The position numbers and the translations under genes were made by a program. The notes beneath the pieces are model-generated. The model was not told the DNA's origin, ran no database searches, and saw nothing but the letters and a program-made list of their open reading frames with translations. From positions 4,996 through 68,995 of the forward strand of contig JBAYHR010000004.1 of assembly GCA_041666045.1 (NCBI GenBank): a stretch of 64,000 nt of DNA. The letters are read 5' to 3'. Of this stretch, positions 1-10,800 are shown in pieces (the stretch's first letter is position 1; each line of letters begins with the position of its first letter). Origin of the DNA: Minisyncoccota bacterium. Its GTDB lineage: Bacteria > Patescibacteriota > Minisyncoccia > Phycocordibacterales > UBA9973.

Positions 1-107
1 AAACACTATTTTCATTTTTCATACCATTTATTATACAAAATAATTCATAAAAAATACAATATAAATAATATATTGCCTTTTGAGCTATTATATGCAATAA
101 TAGCCAA

Positions 108-350
108 ATGCAATTAGTCGCAAAAATACTGCCTTATGTGCAGATAATCCTTTCAATAGTATTAGTATTAGCAATCTTACTCCAGCAAACTGGCGCAGGT
201 GTTGGTGGCGCATTAGGAGGAGGAAGTGATGGATCTTTCCATCATACACGTAGAGGTTTTGAAAAATTTCTTTTTTACTTATCAATAGTTTGTGGAATTC
301 TTTTTGCCTTGTCTGCTTTTATCGTTATAATAATAAAAGCTAATAGCTAA
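108..350 (+). CDS. secG: SecG-like preprotein translocase subunit (small membrane protein)
   Basis: 80 aa; two hydrophobic helices flank a Gly-rich loop (LLQQTGAGVGGALGGG), as in SecG. Confidence 0.55.
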   Translation: MQLVAKILPYVQIILSIVLVLAILLQQTGAGVGGALGGGSDGSFHHTRRGFEKFLFYLSIVCGILFALSAFIVIIIKANS

Positions 351-389
351 ATTCTACTGTAACTTACATTTAAGTACTTTTTTCTTTTT

Positions 390-2147
390 ATGGAAAATCC
401 ATACAAAAATATACGCAATTTAAAATTGCCATCAAAAAACGAAGTTAGATCGGCTATTTTTTCGTTTTCAAAAAAAGAATGGTTTATATTTTTAGGACTT
501 GCTGTCGTTTTATTTGTAAGCACACTAATAATACTTGAAAGTATTAATAAATCTTTTATGACGGGCGTTCCCATGCGTGGAGGTTCTATTTCTGAAGGAA
601 TCATAGGAACACCACGCTTTATTAATCCAATACTTGCTCTATCTGATGCTGATCAAGATTTGGTATCACTCGTTTATTCAGGTCTTATGAGAAAAAACAC
701 AGATGGCACTTTAATTCCGGATTTAGCCGAAAAATATGAAATGTCAAAAGATGGATTATCTTATACTTTCACTTTAAAAAACAAAATATATTTTCAAAAC
801 AGTAAACCTGTAACAATTGAAGATATTTTATTCACTATAAATGAAGTTAAAGATCCAATAATTAAAAGCCCATATAAAGCAAACTGGGAAGGTGTAAATG
901 TTGAAAAAATTGACGATAAAACTATAAAATTTAATTTGAAACAACCATATGCATCATTTTTAGAAAATACAACGTTTGGCATAATGCCAGCACACATATG
1001 GAATGGTTCCCCTATTGAACTTAATGATGCTAACACAAATCCAATTGGATCCGGACCATTTCAAGTTGCAAATGTAAACAAACAATCATCAGGACTTATT
1101 AATTATTATGATTTAAAATCATTTAAAAAATTTATATTAGGCTACCCTTATCTTAAACAAATAACTTTGCGTTTTTATCCTAATGAAAATGATCTTATTT
1201 CTGCGCTTGAAAAAGGAGAAGTAGACCAAATAAGTTCTATGACTCCAGCTAATACAAAAATTTTAAAAGAAAAAAAATATCGTATAGAATCTTCAGTTCT
1301 ACCGAGGGTATTTGGACTTTTCTTTAATCAAAATCAAGCTCAAATATTTACAGATAAACATATTATAGAAGCTATTGATCAAGCAATAGATAAAGATAAA
1401 ATCGTAAATGAGGTTTTAGAAGGATATGGAGTTGCGATTGATGAACCAATACCACCAAATATGATTGAATACCAAAAACTAAGTACAGAAAATAATTCTT
1501 CACACGAAGAAAAATTAAAAAAAGCACAAGAGATATTAACAAAAGATGGATGGAAGAAAAACTCTGATGGATTTTTAGAAAAAACAATAAGTGATAAAAA
1601 AAAGAAAACTAAATCAACAACAAATATAGAATTTTCTATTTCAACAGGAAATGCTCCAGAACTTTCAAAATCTGCAGAATTGATAAAACAAGATTTAGAA
1701 AGCATAGGAATGAAAGTTGATATAAAAACTTTTGAAATTGGAAACTTAAACCAAGGAGTTATACGACCACGCAAATATGACGCGCTATTATTTGGACAAA
1801 TAATAAATCACGAATCTGATCTATTTGCATTTTGGCATTCATCACAGAGAAATGATCCCGGATTAAATGTTGCTATGTATACAAATTCAAAAGTAGATAA
1901 AATCTTAGAAGATGCATTTACGATAATAGATGAGAAATCTAGAATTAAAAAATATGCTCAATTTGAAGATGAAATTAAAAAAGATATGCCAGCAGTTTTT
2001 TTGTATAGTCCTAATTTTTTATATATAGTATCAAAAAATCTTGGAGGACTTTCTATAAATCATATTACATCTCCTTCAGATAGATTTTTAAATTCATATT
2101 TATGGTATACTCAAAAAGATAATGTTTGGAAAATATTTTCTAAATAA
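390..2147 (+). CDS. ABC transporter substrate-binding protein, family 5 (peptide/nickel type), membrane anchored
   Basis: 585 aa; N-terminal TM anchor; overall similarity to SBP_bac_5 oligopeptide-binding proteins. Confidence 0.6.
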   Translation: MENPYKNIRNLKLPSKNEVRSAIFSFSKKEWFIFLGLAVVLFVSTLIILESINKSFMTGVPMRGGSISEGIIGTPRFINPILALSDADQDLVSLVYSGLMRKNTDGTLIPDLAEKYEMSKDGLSYTFTLKNKIYFQNSKPVTIEDILFTINEVKDPIIKSPYKANWEGVNVEKIDDKTIKFNLKQPYASFLENTTFGIMPAHIWNGSPIELNDANTNPIGSGPFQVANVNKQSSGLINYYDLKSFKKFILGYPYLKQITLRFYPNENDLISALEKGEVDQISSMTPANTKILKEKKYRIESSVLPRVFGLFFNQNQAQIFTDKHIIEAIDQAIDKDKIVNEVLEGYGVAIDEPIPPNMIEYQKLSTENNSSHEEKLKKAQEILTKDGWKKNSDGFLEKTISDKKKKTKSTTNIEFSISTGNAPELSKSAELIKQDLESIGMKVDIKTFEIGNLNQGVIRPRKYDALLFGQIINHESDLFAFWHSSQRNDPGLNVAMYTNSKVDKILEDAFTIIDEKSRIKKYAQFEDEIKKDMPAVFLYSPNFLYIVSKNLGGLSINHITSPSDRFLNSYLWYTQKDNVWKIFSK

Positions 2148-2185
2148 ATTACTCTATTAAAAATAACTAAACTAATTAAAAAAAA

Positions 2186-4111
2186 ATGATAAGAAAAAAA
2201 ACTAGACTATCTTTCAGCTCAGTCAGTATTGAAAATAAAAAAGAAAATAAAACACCTACTAAACCATACAACTCTGGCTATTCTGGTATAGAACATAAAA
2301 GCCAAGAAAAGAAAAAACTTATAAAAAGTTCCACTTACCAGTATTCCAAATTTGGGAAAGGACAAAATAGAAGAGGAAGCCGTCCTTTTAATTCAAATAA
2401 TCAAAATGAAAATAAAATTTCAAATATAGAAGAAGGAAAAATACGTATCATTCCATTAGGTGGAGTAGAAGAAGTTGGAAAAAATATGACAGCCATAGAG
2501 ATTGGCAATGATATTATTGTGATAGATGCTGGTATGCATTTCTCCAACGAAGAAACACCTGGAGTAGATTATGTAATACCAAATACTACTTATCTTGAAG
2601 AACATAAAGATAAGATACGCGGTTTATTTATAACACACGGACACTTAGACCATATCGGCGGTGTACCTGTTGTTTTATCTCGTATTGGAAATCCACCAGT
2701 ATATTCTCGTAATATTTCTGTACTTTTAATGAAAAAACGTCAAGCTGAATTTCCTCATTTACCAGCAATGAAAGCAATAGTTGTAGAAAAAGATGAAACA
2801 ATAACGTGCGGAAAAATAAAAGTTAGATTTTTTGGTGTCACACATACAATACCAGACTCAATGGGTATAATTATAGAAACTAATAACGGATGGATAGTTA
2901 CCCCTGGAGATTATAAATTGGATCAAGTGGACGGCATAGTGTCACAAGAAGAGGAAAAGGAATATTCAATTTTTGACAAAGCAAAAGTTCTTCTTTTAAT
3001 GACTGATTCTACAAATGTTGAAAATGAAGGATTTTCATTGCCTGAAATAAAAGTTCATCAAGGACTTGAAAATTTAATAAAAAAAGTAAATGGTAGAATT
3101 ATAATTGCGGCATTTTCTTCATCTATTACTCGCTTAACTCACATCATTAAAGTTGCAGAAGCATTAGGTAAAAAAATAGCTATAGACGGACGCTCAATGA
3201 AAACAAATATAGACGTAGCAATTGAAGCAAATTATTTTAAACCTAAAAAAGATACGATAATTCCAATTGAAGAAGCAAATAATTACCCTCCAAATAAAAT
3301 GGTAATTCTTATGACTGGGGCTCAAGGTGAAGAATTTGCTGCACTTTCACGCGCTGCAAATAAATCTCACAAAAAATTCGCTATAAAAAAAGGAGATACT
3401 ATAATCCTTTCCGCATCTATCGTTCCAGGAAATGAAAGAGCTGTGCAAAAAATAAAAGATAATTTATCAAGACAAGGTGTAAAAATTATAAGTTTTCGAA
3501 CTCCTGGAGAAGATTTCGTGCACGCAACAGGACACGGAAACAAAGAAGATATTAAGTGGCTACACAGAAAAACTCACCCAAAATTTTTTATCCCAATACA
3601 CGGAAACCATTTTATGCTAGAACTTCATAAAGAACTTGCTATGGATTTAGGAATGTCTGAAGAAAATGTAATTGTTCCTGACAATGGTTCAATTATTGAA
3701 ATATCTCAAGATGGACAAAAAATAATAATGCGTAAGGAAAAAGCGCCTTCAGCCCCAATGATGGTGGATGGACTTGCTGTGAGCGATATCCAAGATGTTG
3801 TTATAAGAGATAGACAAATGCTTGCGCAAGATGGAATGTTCGTGATAATAACATTAGTGGATCAAAATACTGGAAAATTAAAAAAATCTCCAGATCTTAT
3901 TTCACGTGGATTTATATATCTAAAAGAAAATCAAGAACTCTTGCGCCAAGTTAGAATAATTATAAAAAAAGGAGTTGAAGACGCAACCATTAAAATGAAT
4001 CCTATTGATTTTGATTATATAAAAAATAGTTTAGGTGAAACTGTTTCAAAATTTCTATATCAAAAAACTGCAAAAAGGCCTTTAGTTATACCAGTAGTAT
4101 TAAGTGTTTAA
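2186..4111 (+). CDS. rnj: Ribonuclease J (metallo-beta-lactamase/beta-CASP) with K/N-rich N-terminal extension
   Basis: HxHxDH motif (ITHGHLDHIGG); beta-CASP and C-terminal domain layout typical of RNase J; 641 aa. Confidence 0.85.
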   Translation: MIRKKTRLSFSSVSIENKKENKTPTKPYNSGYSGIEHKSQEKKKLIKSSTYQYSKFGKGQNRRGSRPFNSNNQNENKISNIEEGKIRIIPLGGVEEVGKNMTAIEIGNDIIVIDAGMHFSNEETPGVDYVIPNTTYLEEHKDKIRGLFITHGHLDHIGGVPVVLSRIGNPPVYSRNISVLLMKKRQAEFPHLPAMKAIVVEKDETITCGKIKVRFFGVTHTIPDSMGIIIETNNGWIVTPGDYKLDQVDGIVSQEEEKEYSIFDKAKVLLLMTDSTNVENEGFSLPEIKVHQGLENLIKKVNGRIIIAAFSSSITRLTHIIKVAEALGKKIAIDGRSMKTNIDVAIEANYFKPKKDTIIPIEEANNYPPNKMVILMTGAQGEEFAALSRAANKSHKKFAIKKGDTIILSASIVPGNERAVQKIKDNLSRQGVKIISFRTPGEDFVHATGHGNKEDIKWLHRKTHPKFFIPIHGNHFMLELHKELAMDLGMSEENVIVPDNGSIIEISQDGQKIIMRKEKAPSAPMMVDGLAVSDIQDVVIRDRQMLAQDGMFVIITLVDQNTGKLKKSPDLISRGFIYLKENQELLRQVRIIIKKGVEDATIKMNPIDFDYIKNSLGETVSKFLYQKTAKRPLVIPVVLSV

Positions 4112-4129
4112 AATATATATAATATAAAG

Positions 4130-5284
4130 ATGCTAAATCCCAAGAAAACTTTGCGTATACTATATGCGACAACGTTTCTTTTTTCTATTCATATGGCCTT
4201 AACAAGCTATATTAATTCCAGTTTTTTGGGGACTTTTATTAATCCAAAATTTGTTGGCCTAATATATACAATAACTTCTTTAATAGCCATCTTAGCTCTT
4301 CTTGAAATGCCTAAAATACTAAAAAGATTTGGCAACTACCACACTATTTCTTTTTTTTTATTTATCAATATTATTTCTCTTTTTCTTCTTTCAACATTAA
4401 ATAATAAAACATTTATTATTCTAATTTTTATAATTTATTTAAGCACCATTAATCTAATAATAGCTTCTATTGATATTTTTGTTGAAGATTTTTCAGCTAA
4501 AAAAGCCACAGGCAATATTAGAGGAATATTTTTAACAGTTCTTAATTCAGCTTGGGTAATAGCCCAGCTTGCTATGGGATTCTTTGCCAGTAAAATTTCT
4601 TACAATGGATTGTATGCTATCTCTTTCTTTTTTGTTATAGCTGTTTTACTTATTATTCGTTTTAAACTTAAAAAATTTGAAGATCCTATTTATAAAAAAA
4701 TTCCTGTTAAAGAAACTATCTTAAAAATTCTGCAAAATAAACACATAAGCAAAATATATGCTTCAAATTTTCTTTTACAATTTTTTTATGTTTGGATGGT
4801 GATTTATACACCGATTTATCTTAATCAAAATATGGGTTTCGGGTGGAGTAAAATTGGTATTATTTTTACGATAATGCTTTTGCCTTTTGTTATTTTACAA
4901 TTACCACTCGGTAGACTTTCTGATAAAATTGGTGAAAAAAAATTATTAAAATTAGGTTTTATCATAATAATTATTGCTACTGTATCTTTAGCATTTATAA
5001 ATAGTAAAAGCATACTCATTTGGGGAATAATACTTTTTGCAACAAGAGTAGGAGCATCTATTATTGAAGTAATGAACGAAAGTTATTTTTTCAAACAAAT
5101 TACCGCTCGTGACGCTGATATTATAAGCTTTTTCCGTAATGCATCCCCTACTGCCTATATCATAGCTCCACTTATTGCCACACCTTTTTTAATTTTCTTT
5201 CCTTTTAATTCTATATTTATTTTTCTTGGATTAATAATGACATTGGGTTTATATTCAAGCTTCACTCTCAAAGATACAAAATAA
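4130..5284 (+). CDS. MFS family transporter
   Basis: 384 aa with ~12 predicted TM helices and an MFS-like loop (GRLSDKIG). Confidence 0.6.
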   Translation: MLNPKKTLRILYATTFLFSIHMALTSYINSSFLGTFINPKFVGLIYTITSLIAILALLEMPKILKRFGNYHTISFFLFINIISLFLLSTLNNKTFIILIFIIYLSTINLIIASIDIFVEDFSAKKATGNIRGIFLTVLNSAWVIAQLAMGFFASKISYNGLYAISFFFVIAVLLIIRFKLKKFEDPIYKKIPVKETILKILQNKHISKIYASNFLLQFFYVWMVIYTPIYLNQNMGFGWSKIGIIFTIMLLPFVILQLPLGRLSDKIGEKKLLKLGFIIIIIATVSLAFINSKSILIWGIILFATRVGASIIEVMNESYFFKQITARDADIISFFRNASPTAYIIAPLIATPFLIFFPFNSIFIFLGLIMTLGLYSSFTLKDTK

Positions 5285-5287
5285 AAA

Positions 5288-5316
5288 AATCCTTACGTCA
5301 GTAAGGATTTTTTTAT
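5288..5316. terminator. Rho-independent terminator between convergent genes
   Basis: Perfect 9-bp stem aatccttac/gtaaggatt with 4-nt loop, flanked by an A-run and a T-run. Confidence 0.7.
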
Positions 5317-5329
5317 TTTAGATATATAT

Positions 5330-5824
5330 TTATCTAGTAACAGAAATAGTTGCCAAAAGCTCAGCATCAGGAGCAGCTACTGTGATTCTATCATTAGCTG
5401 TTTTTAAAATTGTATATCCAACACCAATATCACCAACAGCCCAAGAAGGATCTTTTGGAATAGCAGTTATATATTTTTCCAAATCAGTTAATACAGAAAG
5501 ATTAGTAAAGGAATTTGCTACACAAGTAGCATCTGCTGTTGCGGGAGTCCAACAAATTTCTCCTACGGCAACACCAATTGCTGGAAGTTCTGTTGGAAGA
5601 ACACCACCATTATCTATGGTATATTGATAAACTGCATTCAAGATAGTATTAACATCACTTCTTCTTTGAGCATTTCTTGATTCAGCTAATTGCTTTGCAG
5701 GATTGATAGCGATAATAACTATTGCTGCTAAAATGGCTATCATTGCAATAACTAACAAAACTTCTAGAAGAGTAAAACCTTTTTGTTGCTTAAACTTATT
5801 TTTGAACAAATTAAACATTTTCAT
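5330..5824 (-). CDS. pilA: Type IV pilin (major pilin candidate), prepilin-type N-terminal cleavage/methylation domain
   Basis: Class III signal KG|FTLLEVLLVIAMIAILAAI with Glu at +5 after the predicted cleavage site; 164 aa. Confidence 0.65.
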   Translation of the reverse strand: MKMFNLFKNKFKQQKGFTLLEVLLVIAMIAILAAIVIIAINPAKQLAESRNAQRRSDVNTILNAVYQYTIDNGGVLPTELPAIGVAVGEICWTPATADATCVANSFTNLSVLTDLEKYITAIPKDPSWAVGDIGVGYTILKTANDRITVAAPDAELLATISVTR

Positions 5825-5942
5825 ATATTTTTTTTTATTAAAAAACTAATAATAAATTATAGACCTTATAATAATATAATGATAACAATCAGATTATCAA
5901 TCTACAAATTTTTTATGGGGATAAAGTGGATAACTCTAATTT

Positions 5943-6350
5943 TTACAAAACTTCTTGCCAAGAAGTTATATTAATTGATGGATTTATTTGATCAATAGTA
6001 ATTAAAATTTTTCGTACAACTGTTCCTACAACACCATCTACATTAATTGTTCTATTTTCTACTCCATTATCAACAACTGTATAAGTGCAAGAATTTGATC
6101 CAACACTAATTGTATTAGTGCCAACAAATGATGTTAAATTTCTGATTTCTTGTAAAGATGCTTCTGCACATAAATTTGCCAATGATTTTGCTTTTGCAGA
6201 TTCCTCAATAACAAAACCTGTTTTTGAAGCGCCAAGACCTAGTAATAAAACGGAACTGGCAATAGCTAAAGCAACTGTGCCAAAAATAAGCACACTAAAC
6301 ATTGTTACAAATCCTTTCTTCTTATTAAAAAATTTTTTATTTTGATTCAT
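5943..6350 (-). CDS. Pilin-like/pseudopilin protein (atypical prepilin N-terminus)
   Basis: KKKGFVTMFSVLIFGTVALAIA hydrophobic N-terminus; probable start at internal Met; located in the pilin gene array. Confidence 0.45.
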   Translation of the reverse strand: MNQNKKFFNKKKGFVTMFSVLIFGTVALAIASSVLLLGLGASKTGFVIEESAKAKSLANLCAEASLQEIRNLTSFVGTNTISVGSNSCTYTVVDNGVENRTINVDGVVGTVVRKILITIDQINPSINITSWQEVL

Positions 6351-6354
6351 AAAA

Positions 6355-6873
6355 TTAATGTCGCAAGCTTGCGCTTCCATAAAAAGTTCGTGAATAATTA
6401 TATTCATTCCTACCGCTTGGATTTATGTGTGACAATGTAAATGAAATGCCAATTGTATTTGGTGTTAGGTTACGTGATAAGTTCTCAAACAAAAGTCCAG
6501 AAGCAATAACTCGCAAATTATTGGTTAAAGACACTGCTGGATTAAGACCTTCTGCAATATTTATCTCATTACCTAATAAAGCAAAAACTGTTGGATCCAA
6601 TGCTGGATTAATAACGCTAAGAGATAACGAAGTATCATTTGTTCCAAATATTGGAAAATTAACACTATTTGCATTACGTATAGTTTGAGTAATTATTTGC
6701 ATTACTTGCATACCCTCTTGATCCACTTCTAATATAGTTTGATTTTTAATTCTGGAATCAAAAAAAGTAGAAAGAGCTATCGATATTACAAGAAGCATTC
6801 CAACAGCCAAACTAATATATAACATAAGCTCTATTAAGGTATACCCATTATTATTTTTAAAGTTTTTTTTCAT
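6355..6873 (-). CDS. Minor pilin / prepilin-type N-terminal domain protein
   Basis: NGYTLIELMLYISLAVGMLLV prepilin peptidase motif (G|YTLIE). Confidence 0.6.
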   Translation of the reverse strand: MKKNFKNNNGYTLIELMLYISLAVGMLLVISIALSTFFDSRIKNQTILEVDQEGMQVMQIITQTIRNANSVNFPIFGTNDTSLSLSVINPALDPTVFALLGNEINIAEGLNPAVSLTNNLRVIASGLLFENLSRNLTPNTIGISFTLSHINPSGRNEYNYSRTFYGSASLRH

Positions 6874-6876
6874 AAA

Positions 6877-7317
6877 TTAAAATGGTTTCCAATTAGTTAA
6901 ATAAGTAGTTAAAACAACGTTGCCATTTCTTTGTAAATTTTGTTGCCATAGAACTGTGGATATTATTAATTTAGTATTCGCATCAACAGTTGAAATATTT
7001 ATAGTTCTGGTAAAAATATCAGTAACATCAGGCAATGCGGAAAAATCCCACTGATTCCCTGCTTTCACAAGACCATAAGGTCCATCTACTAAATTAGTAA
7101 AATTTTCGTCTCTTATGTTTCTAAGTGCTTCAAGCCCTTCTTCGGCAAGAAATACTGCCTGAGTGCGTTTTCCACCTAAACTTGAAGATTCTTCTCCAAT
7201 ACTTAAAACTCCAAGTAATGCGACTATAAACATAGAAAAAATAGCTACAGTAAGCAATACTTCAATTAAACTAAAACCAGAAATTCTTTTATTAATATGT
7301 AAGTATACCTTTTTCAT
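6877..7317 (-). CDS. Minor pilin / prepilin-type N-terminal domain protein
   Basis: SGFSLIEVLLTVAIFSMFIVALL prepilin motif. Confidence 0.6.
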   Translation of the reverse strand: MKKVYLHINKRISGFSLIEVLLTVAIFSMFIVALLGVLSIGEESSSLGGKRTQAVFLAEEGLEALRNIRDENFTNLVDGPYGLVKAGNQWDFSALPDVTDIFTRTINISTVDANTKLIISTVLWQQNLQRNGNVVLTTYLTNWKPF

Positions 7318-7732
7318 TTATTGTTATTGTGCGAGTATTACTAGAAGCTGATAAATTAATAACACCTGTAGTATTTGGTAAACCGTTTAATTTTGAAAAA
7401 ACAATTTCATCTAAACCAGAAGGAGAAATTATTGATAATATATCTGACACTTCATCAAAAGCAGTATCACGAGTGGCAAAGTTTATTCCTTTAAATAAAG
7501 TTATTTGATTATTTAAAATAATAACTCCCCAATTAGAATCTCCATCAACAGCCATGGACAACACTTGCGCTCTTCTTAAATTTTCAACAATTGTATTAAC
7601 TCCCGTATCCATACCATTGCGAATCTGATAATCCTGATAAACCGGCGCAGCTATGCCAAAAATTAAAACAACAATTGCCATTGATAAAACAACTTCAATT
7701 AACGTAAAGCCATTTAAAAATTTTTTATTCAT
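7292..7732 (-). CDS. Minor pilin / prepilin-type N-terminal domain protein
   Basis: NGFTLIEVVLSMAIVVLIFGIAA prepilin motif. Confidence 0.6.
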   Translation of the reverse strand: MNKKFLNGFTLIEVVLSMAIVVLIFGIAAPVYQDYQIRNGMDTGVNTIVENLRRAQVLSMAVDGDSNWGVIILNNQITLFKGINFATRDTAFDEVSDILSIISPSGLDEIVFSKLNGLPNTTGVINLSASSNTRTITINEKGILTY

Positions 7733-7744
7733 AATTTTTTATTT

Positions 7745-8860
7745 TCACCTAATTTGATTATTCATTCCTCCGATTAAACCATAGATTGGCAAAATAACAG
7801 ATAAAGCAACAGATAAAACTCCAAACCATACGAAAATCAAAAGAATTGGCTCAAGCGCAACTGTTAAATTCTTAACTGTGTTATCAGATTTCTTTTCAAA
7901 AACTTCTCCAATATTTTTTAAAACTCCCGACAAATTGCCAGATTGCTCACCTACTATAATCATTTGAGTAATTGCAGATGGAATTAATTTATTTGTATTT
8001 TTAAAAAGCGCAAAAGATTTTTGAAACGAATATCCTTCTTCAATATTATTTTTTAAATTCTCGTATAATTTTTTGTAATTTAAAAGTCTAGTAGAATCAG
8101 AGAGTGCTGAAAGCGAATCGTGAAGCGGTATGCCAGAACTCAAAAGATTCCCTAAAATATAACCAAATCTTGAAATTTCAACTTCTCTAATTAATTTTTT
8201 AACACCTGGAATAGAAAATAAAAATGCCTGACCGATAAATTTTGTCTTTGAATAATAAAAAATAAAAAAAATAATTAAAAATAAAAAAAACAAAAGAATT
8301 GGAACAAAAATCAAACCATAATTTACTAAAAAACTGCTAAGGCTAATAAAAATTTTAGTTATAAGAGGTAATTTAACATTGAGTTGAGTAAAAATAGGCA
8401 CTAATTTAGGTATTACAAACCAAAAAATTCCAACTGCAATTATAAGTGTAATTGATAACACTAAAACAGGATACGCCATTGCACTTTGCAATCTGGACAA
8501 AGATATTTTATCTTTTTGCTGTTGTATTGCTATTGCAGACAAATTAGACCCAAGTTGCCCCGATTGTTCTCCTATTTTTATTAGAGATATTATTGAAGCA
8601 TTAAAAAATTTTGTATTTTTTAATGCTTGCCAAAGTGGCATTCCTTCTTCTACTTCTTCCTTTATATTTAAAATAATATTTTTTGTTTTTCTTGAACGAA
8701 GACCACTAGCTATAATTTCTAAAGATTCACCTATGCCAACACCAGCATTAATAAGCATTGCTAAATTTTCAACAATATAACTTTTTTCTTCACTAGCCGA
8801 GATATTTGGCAAAAAATCAAAATTGATTTTTTTACGATTTATTTTTTTATTTTTTATCAT
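7745..8860 (-). CDS. pilC: Type IV pilus assembly platform protein PilC (GspF family)
   Basis: Two T2SSF-like repeats with polytopic membrane architecture; likely start at internal Met overlapping the pilB stop. Confidence 0.8.
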   Translation of the reverse strand: MIKNKKINRKKINFDFLPNISASEEKSYIVENLAMLINAGVGIGESLEIIASGLRSRKTKNIILNIKEEVEEGMPLWQALKNTKFFNASIISLIKIGEQSGQLGSNLSAIAIQQQKDKISLSRLQSAMAYPVLVLSITLIIAVGIFWFVIPKLVPIFTQLNVKLPLITKIFISLSSFLVNYGLIFVPILLFFLFLIIFFIFYYSKTKFIGQAFLFSIPGVKKLIREVEISRFGYILGNLLSSGIPLHDSLSALSDSTRLLNYKKLYENLKNNIEEGYSFQKSFALFKNTNKLIPSAITQMIIVGEQSGNLSGVLKNIGEVFEKKSDNTVKNLTVALEPILLIFVWFGVLSVALSVILPIYGLIGGMNNQIR

Positions 8861-10661
8861 AAATATTTTGAGTATGAATAGGAGATGCAACTCTTAATAA
8901 TTCTTCAAGCGTGGTTATGCCGGCTTTTACTTTTTCTAAACCATCTTGAAATAAATTTTTTGCGCCTTGTGTTTTTGCCAAATCCCAAATTTGCTTTGCT
9001 GAAGGATTTTTTAAAATAAGATCGTGAACTTCTGGTGTTATATGCAAAAATTCAAAAAGCGCTGTTCTACCTTTATATCCTGTATTATTACAAGACTTAC
9101 AACCTGCACCTTTATATAAAACCATTTCCTTTTCTAAATATTCATCTGTAAAAAATTTATTTATATTATAATTTTTTAATTCATCTTCAACTTTACAATT
9201 ATCACAAATCTTTTGAACTAAACGTTGTGAAATAATCAATTCAAGGGTAGAAGCTAGAAGAAATGGACTAATACCCATATCTATAAACCTTGGTATGGCT
9301 GTCGCAGCATCATTGGAATGAAATGTTGAAAGAAGTAAGTGTCCTGTTAAAGCAGCTCCTATTGCAATTTGAGCAGTATCTTCATCACGTATTTCCCCAA
9401 CTAATATAATATTTGGGTCTTGTCTTACTATAGACTGCAAACCTTTAGCAAAAGTAAGGTTAGTTTGTGGGTTAACTTGAACTTGATTTATACCTGGAAT
9501 TTTATATTCAACTGGATCTTCTATTGTTGTAATATTTACTCCAGAATTATTCAAAACTTTTAATATAGAATAAGCTGTAGTCGTCTTACCAGAACCTGTA
9601 GGCCCTGTTACAACAATCATTCCAAATGGTTTTTTTGACGCCTCTCCAATAATTGCTTGATGATCTTGAGAAAGTCCAATGTCACTAAGTGAAAAACTTC
9701 TAATATTTTCTGAAAGTATACGGACAGCTATTTTTTCACCATCAAGTGTTGGCAATATTGAAACTCTCATATTAATCGTCACATTATTTTTAACATATCG
9801 TATCGCTCCGTCTTGAGCGGAAAAATGCTCATCTGTGCGCAGATATGCTTGTACTTTAATTCTATTTAAAACATTTTCATAATATTTTTTTGCAAAACGT
9901 CCAACTTCTTGCAAAATACCATCAATTCTAAAACGTACAATAACTTCATTCTCTTGCGGTTCAAAATGAATATCAGAACTTAAATATTGCAAAGCATCAT
10001 TAAATATTTCTTCAATTATTTCTGGTGCAATTCCTCTACCAGAATTTATTATTTCAATAAAACGAGCCTTCAGTGATCTATTATAATTTTTAAATGATTT
10101 ATCAATATCTTCTGAAAGAGAATAATATAATTTAATAACTTTTTTAGTTTCAAAAAATTTTTCTAAAACAGATATATGATTTTTCAAATCTTTTGGCACA
10201 TCAGTGGTTATAAAAATATTTTTATTATCTTCTTTTAAAAATACAGCTCTGTATTTCTTGGCAATTTCTTCTGGGATTCTTAATACTTGTTCAGCTGTTG
10301 CTGGATTTGAACTAAGATCAAAATAAGAAACACCGAACCATTCTGCAATAGCTTCTCCTAAAATATTATTGTTGATTAAACCTTTAATTAATAAACATTC
10401 AATGATAGATATATTATTAGCACTAGAAAACTTTTCAGCCTGTTTAATATCTTCTGGAGTAACATATTTTTTACGTAATAAAATATCTTCAACGACAATC
10501 TCGCCTGCTAAATATTCTTTAATTATCTTTTTTTCTATTAGATAATCTAAAATTGATATATTTTTAGATTTTGCCAACTTTTCTGCTTTTTTTAGATCTT
10601 CACTAGTAATATATCTTCTTTGAACTAAAATATTTTTTACGTTTTGATTAGTTGTATCCAT
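8847..10661 (-). CDS. pilB: Type IV pilus assembly ATPase PilB (GspE family)
   Basis: Walker A VVTGPTGSGKTTT, Asp/His boxes, C-terminal CxxC tetracysteine motif, N-terminal GSPII_E-N repeats. Confidence 0.9.
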   Translation of the reverse strand: MDTTNQNVKNILVQRRYITSEDLKKAEKLAKSKNISILDYLIEKKIIKEYLAGEIVVEDILLRKKYVTPEDIKQAEKFSSANNISIIECLLIKGLINNNILGEAIAEWFGVSYFDLSSNPATAEQVLRIPEEIAKKYRAVFLKEDNKNIFITTDVPKDLKNHISVLEKFFETKKVIKLYYSLSEDIDKSFKNYNRSLKARFIEIINSGRGIAPEIIEEIFNDALQYLSSDIHFEPQENEVIVRFRIDGILQEVGRFAKKYYENVLNRIKVQAYLRTDEHFSAQDGAIRYVKNNVTINMRVSILPTLDGEKIAVRILSENIRSFSLSDIGLSQDHQAIIGEASKKPFGMIVVTGPTGSGKTTTAYSILKVLNNSGVNITTIEDPVEYKIPGINQVQVNPQTNLTFAKGLQSIVRQDPNIILVGEIRDEDTAQIAIGAALTGHLLLSTFHSNDAATAIPRFIDMGISPFLLASTLELIISQRLVQKICDNCKVEDELKNYNINKFFTDEYLEKEMVLYKGAGCKSCNNTGYKGRTALFEFLHITPEVHDLILKNPSAKQIWDLAKTQGAKNLFQDGLEKVKAGITTLEELLRVASPIHTQNIYDKK

Positions 10662-10800
10662 ATAAAATAGTGATATTTATAAATGCACCTTATATTTAAG
10701 AGTATCACAAAAAACTCTTACATAATATACATTTATGTGGATATCTTAATATTAAAAATAAAATGCTATAATAAACCTAAACATTCTTAAAAAACTAAAT

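Noticed and set aside
74-102. Sigma70-like promoter TTGCCT-N17-AATAAT upstream of secG
   Set aside because: It is plausible, but AT-rich DNA gives many such matches by chance, so it is not reported as a feature.
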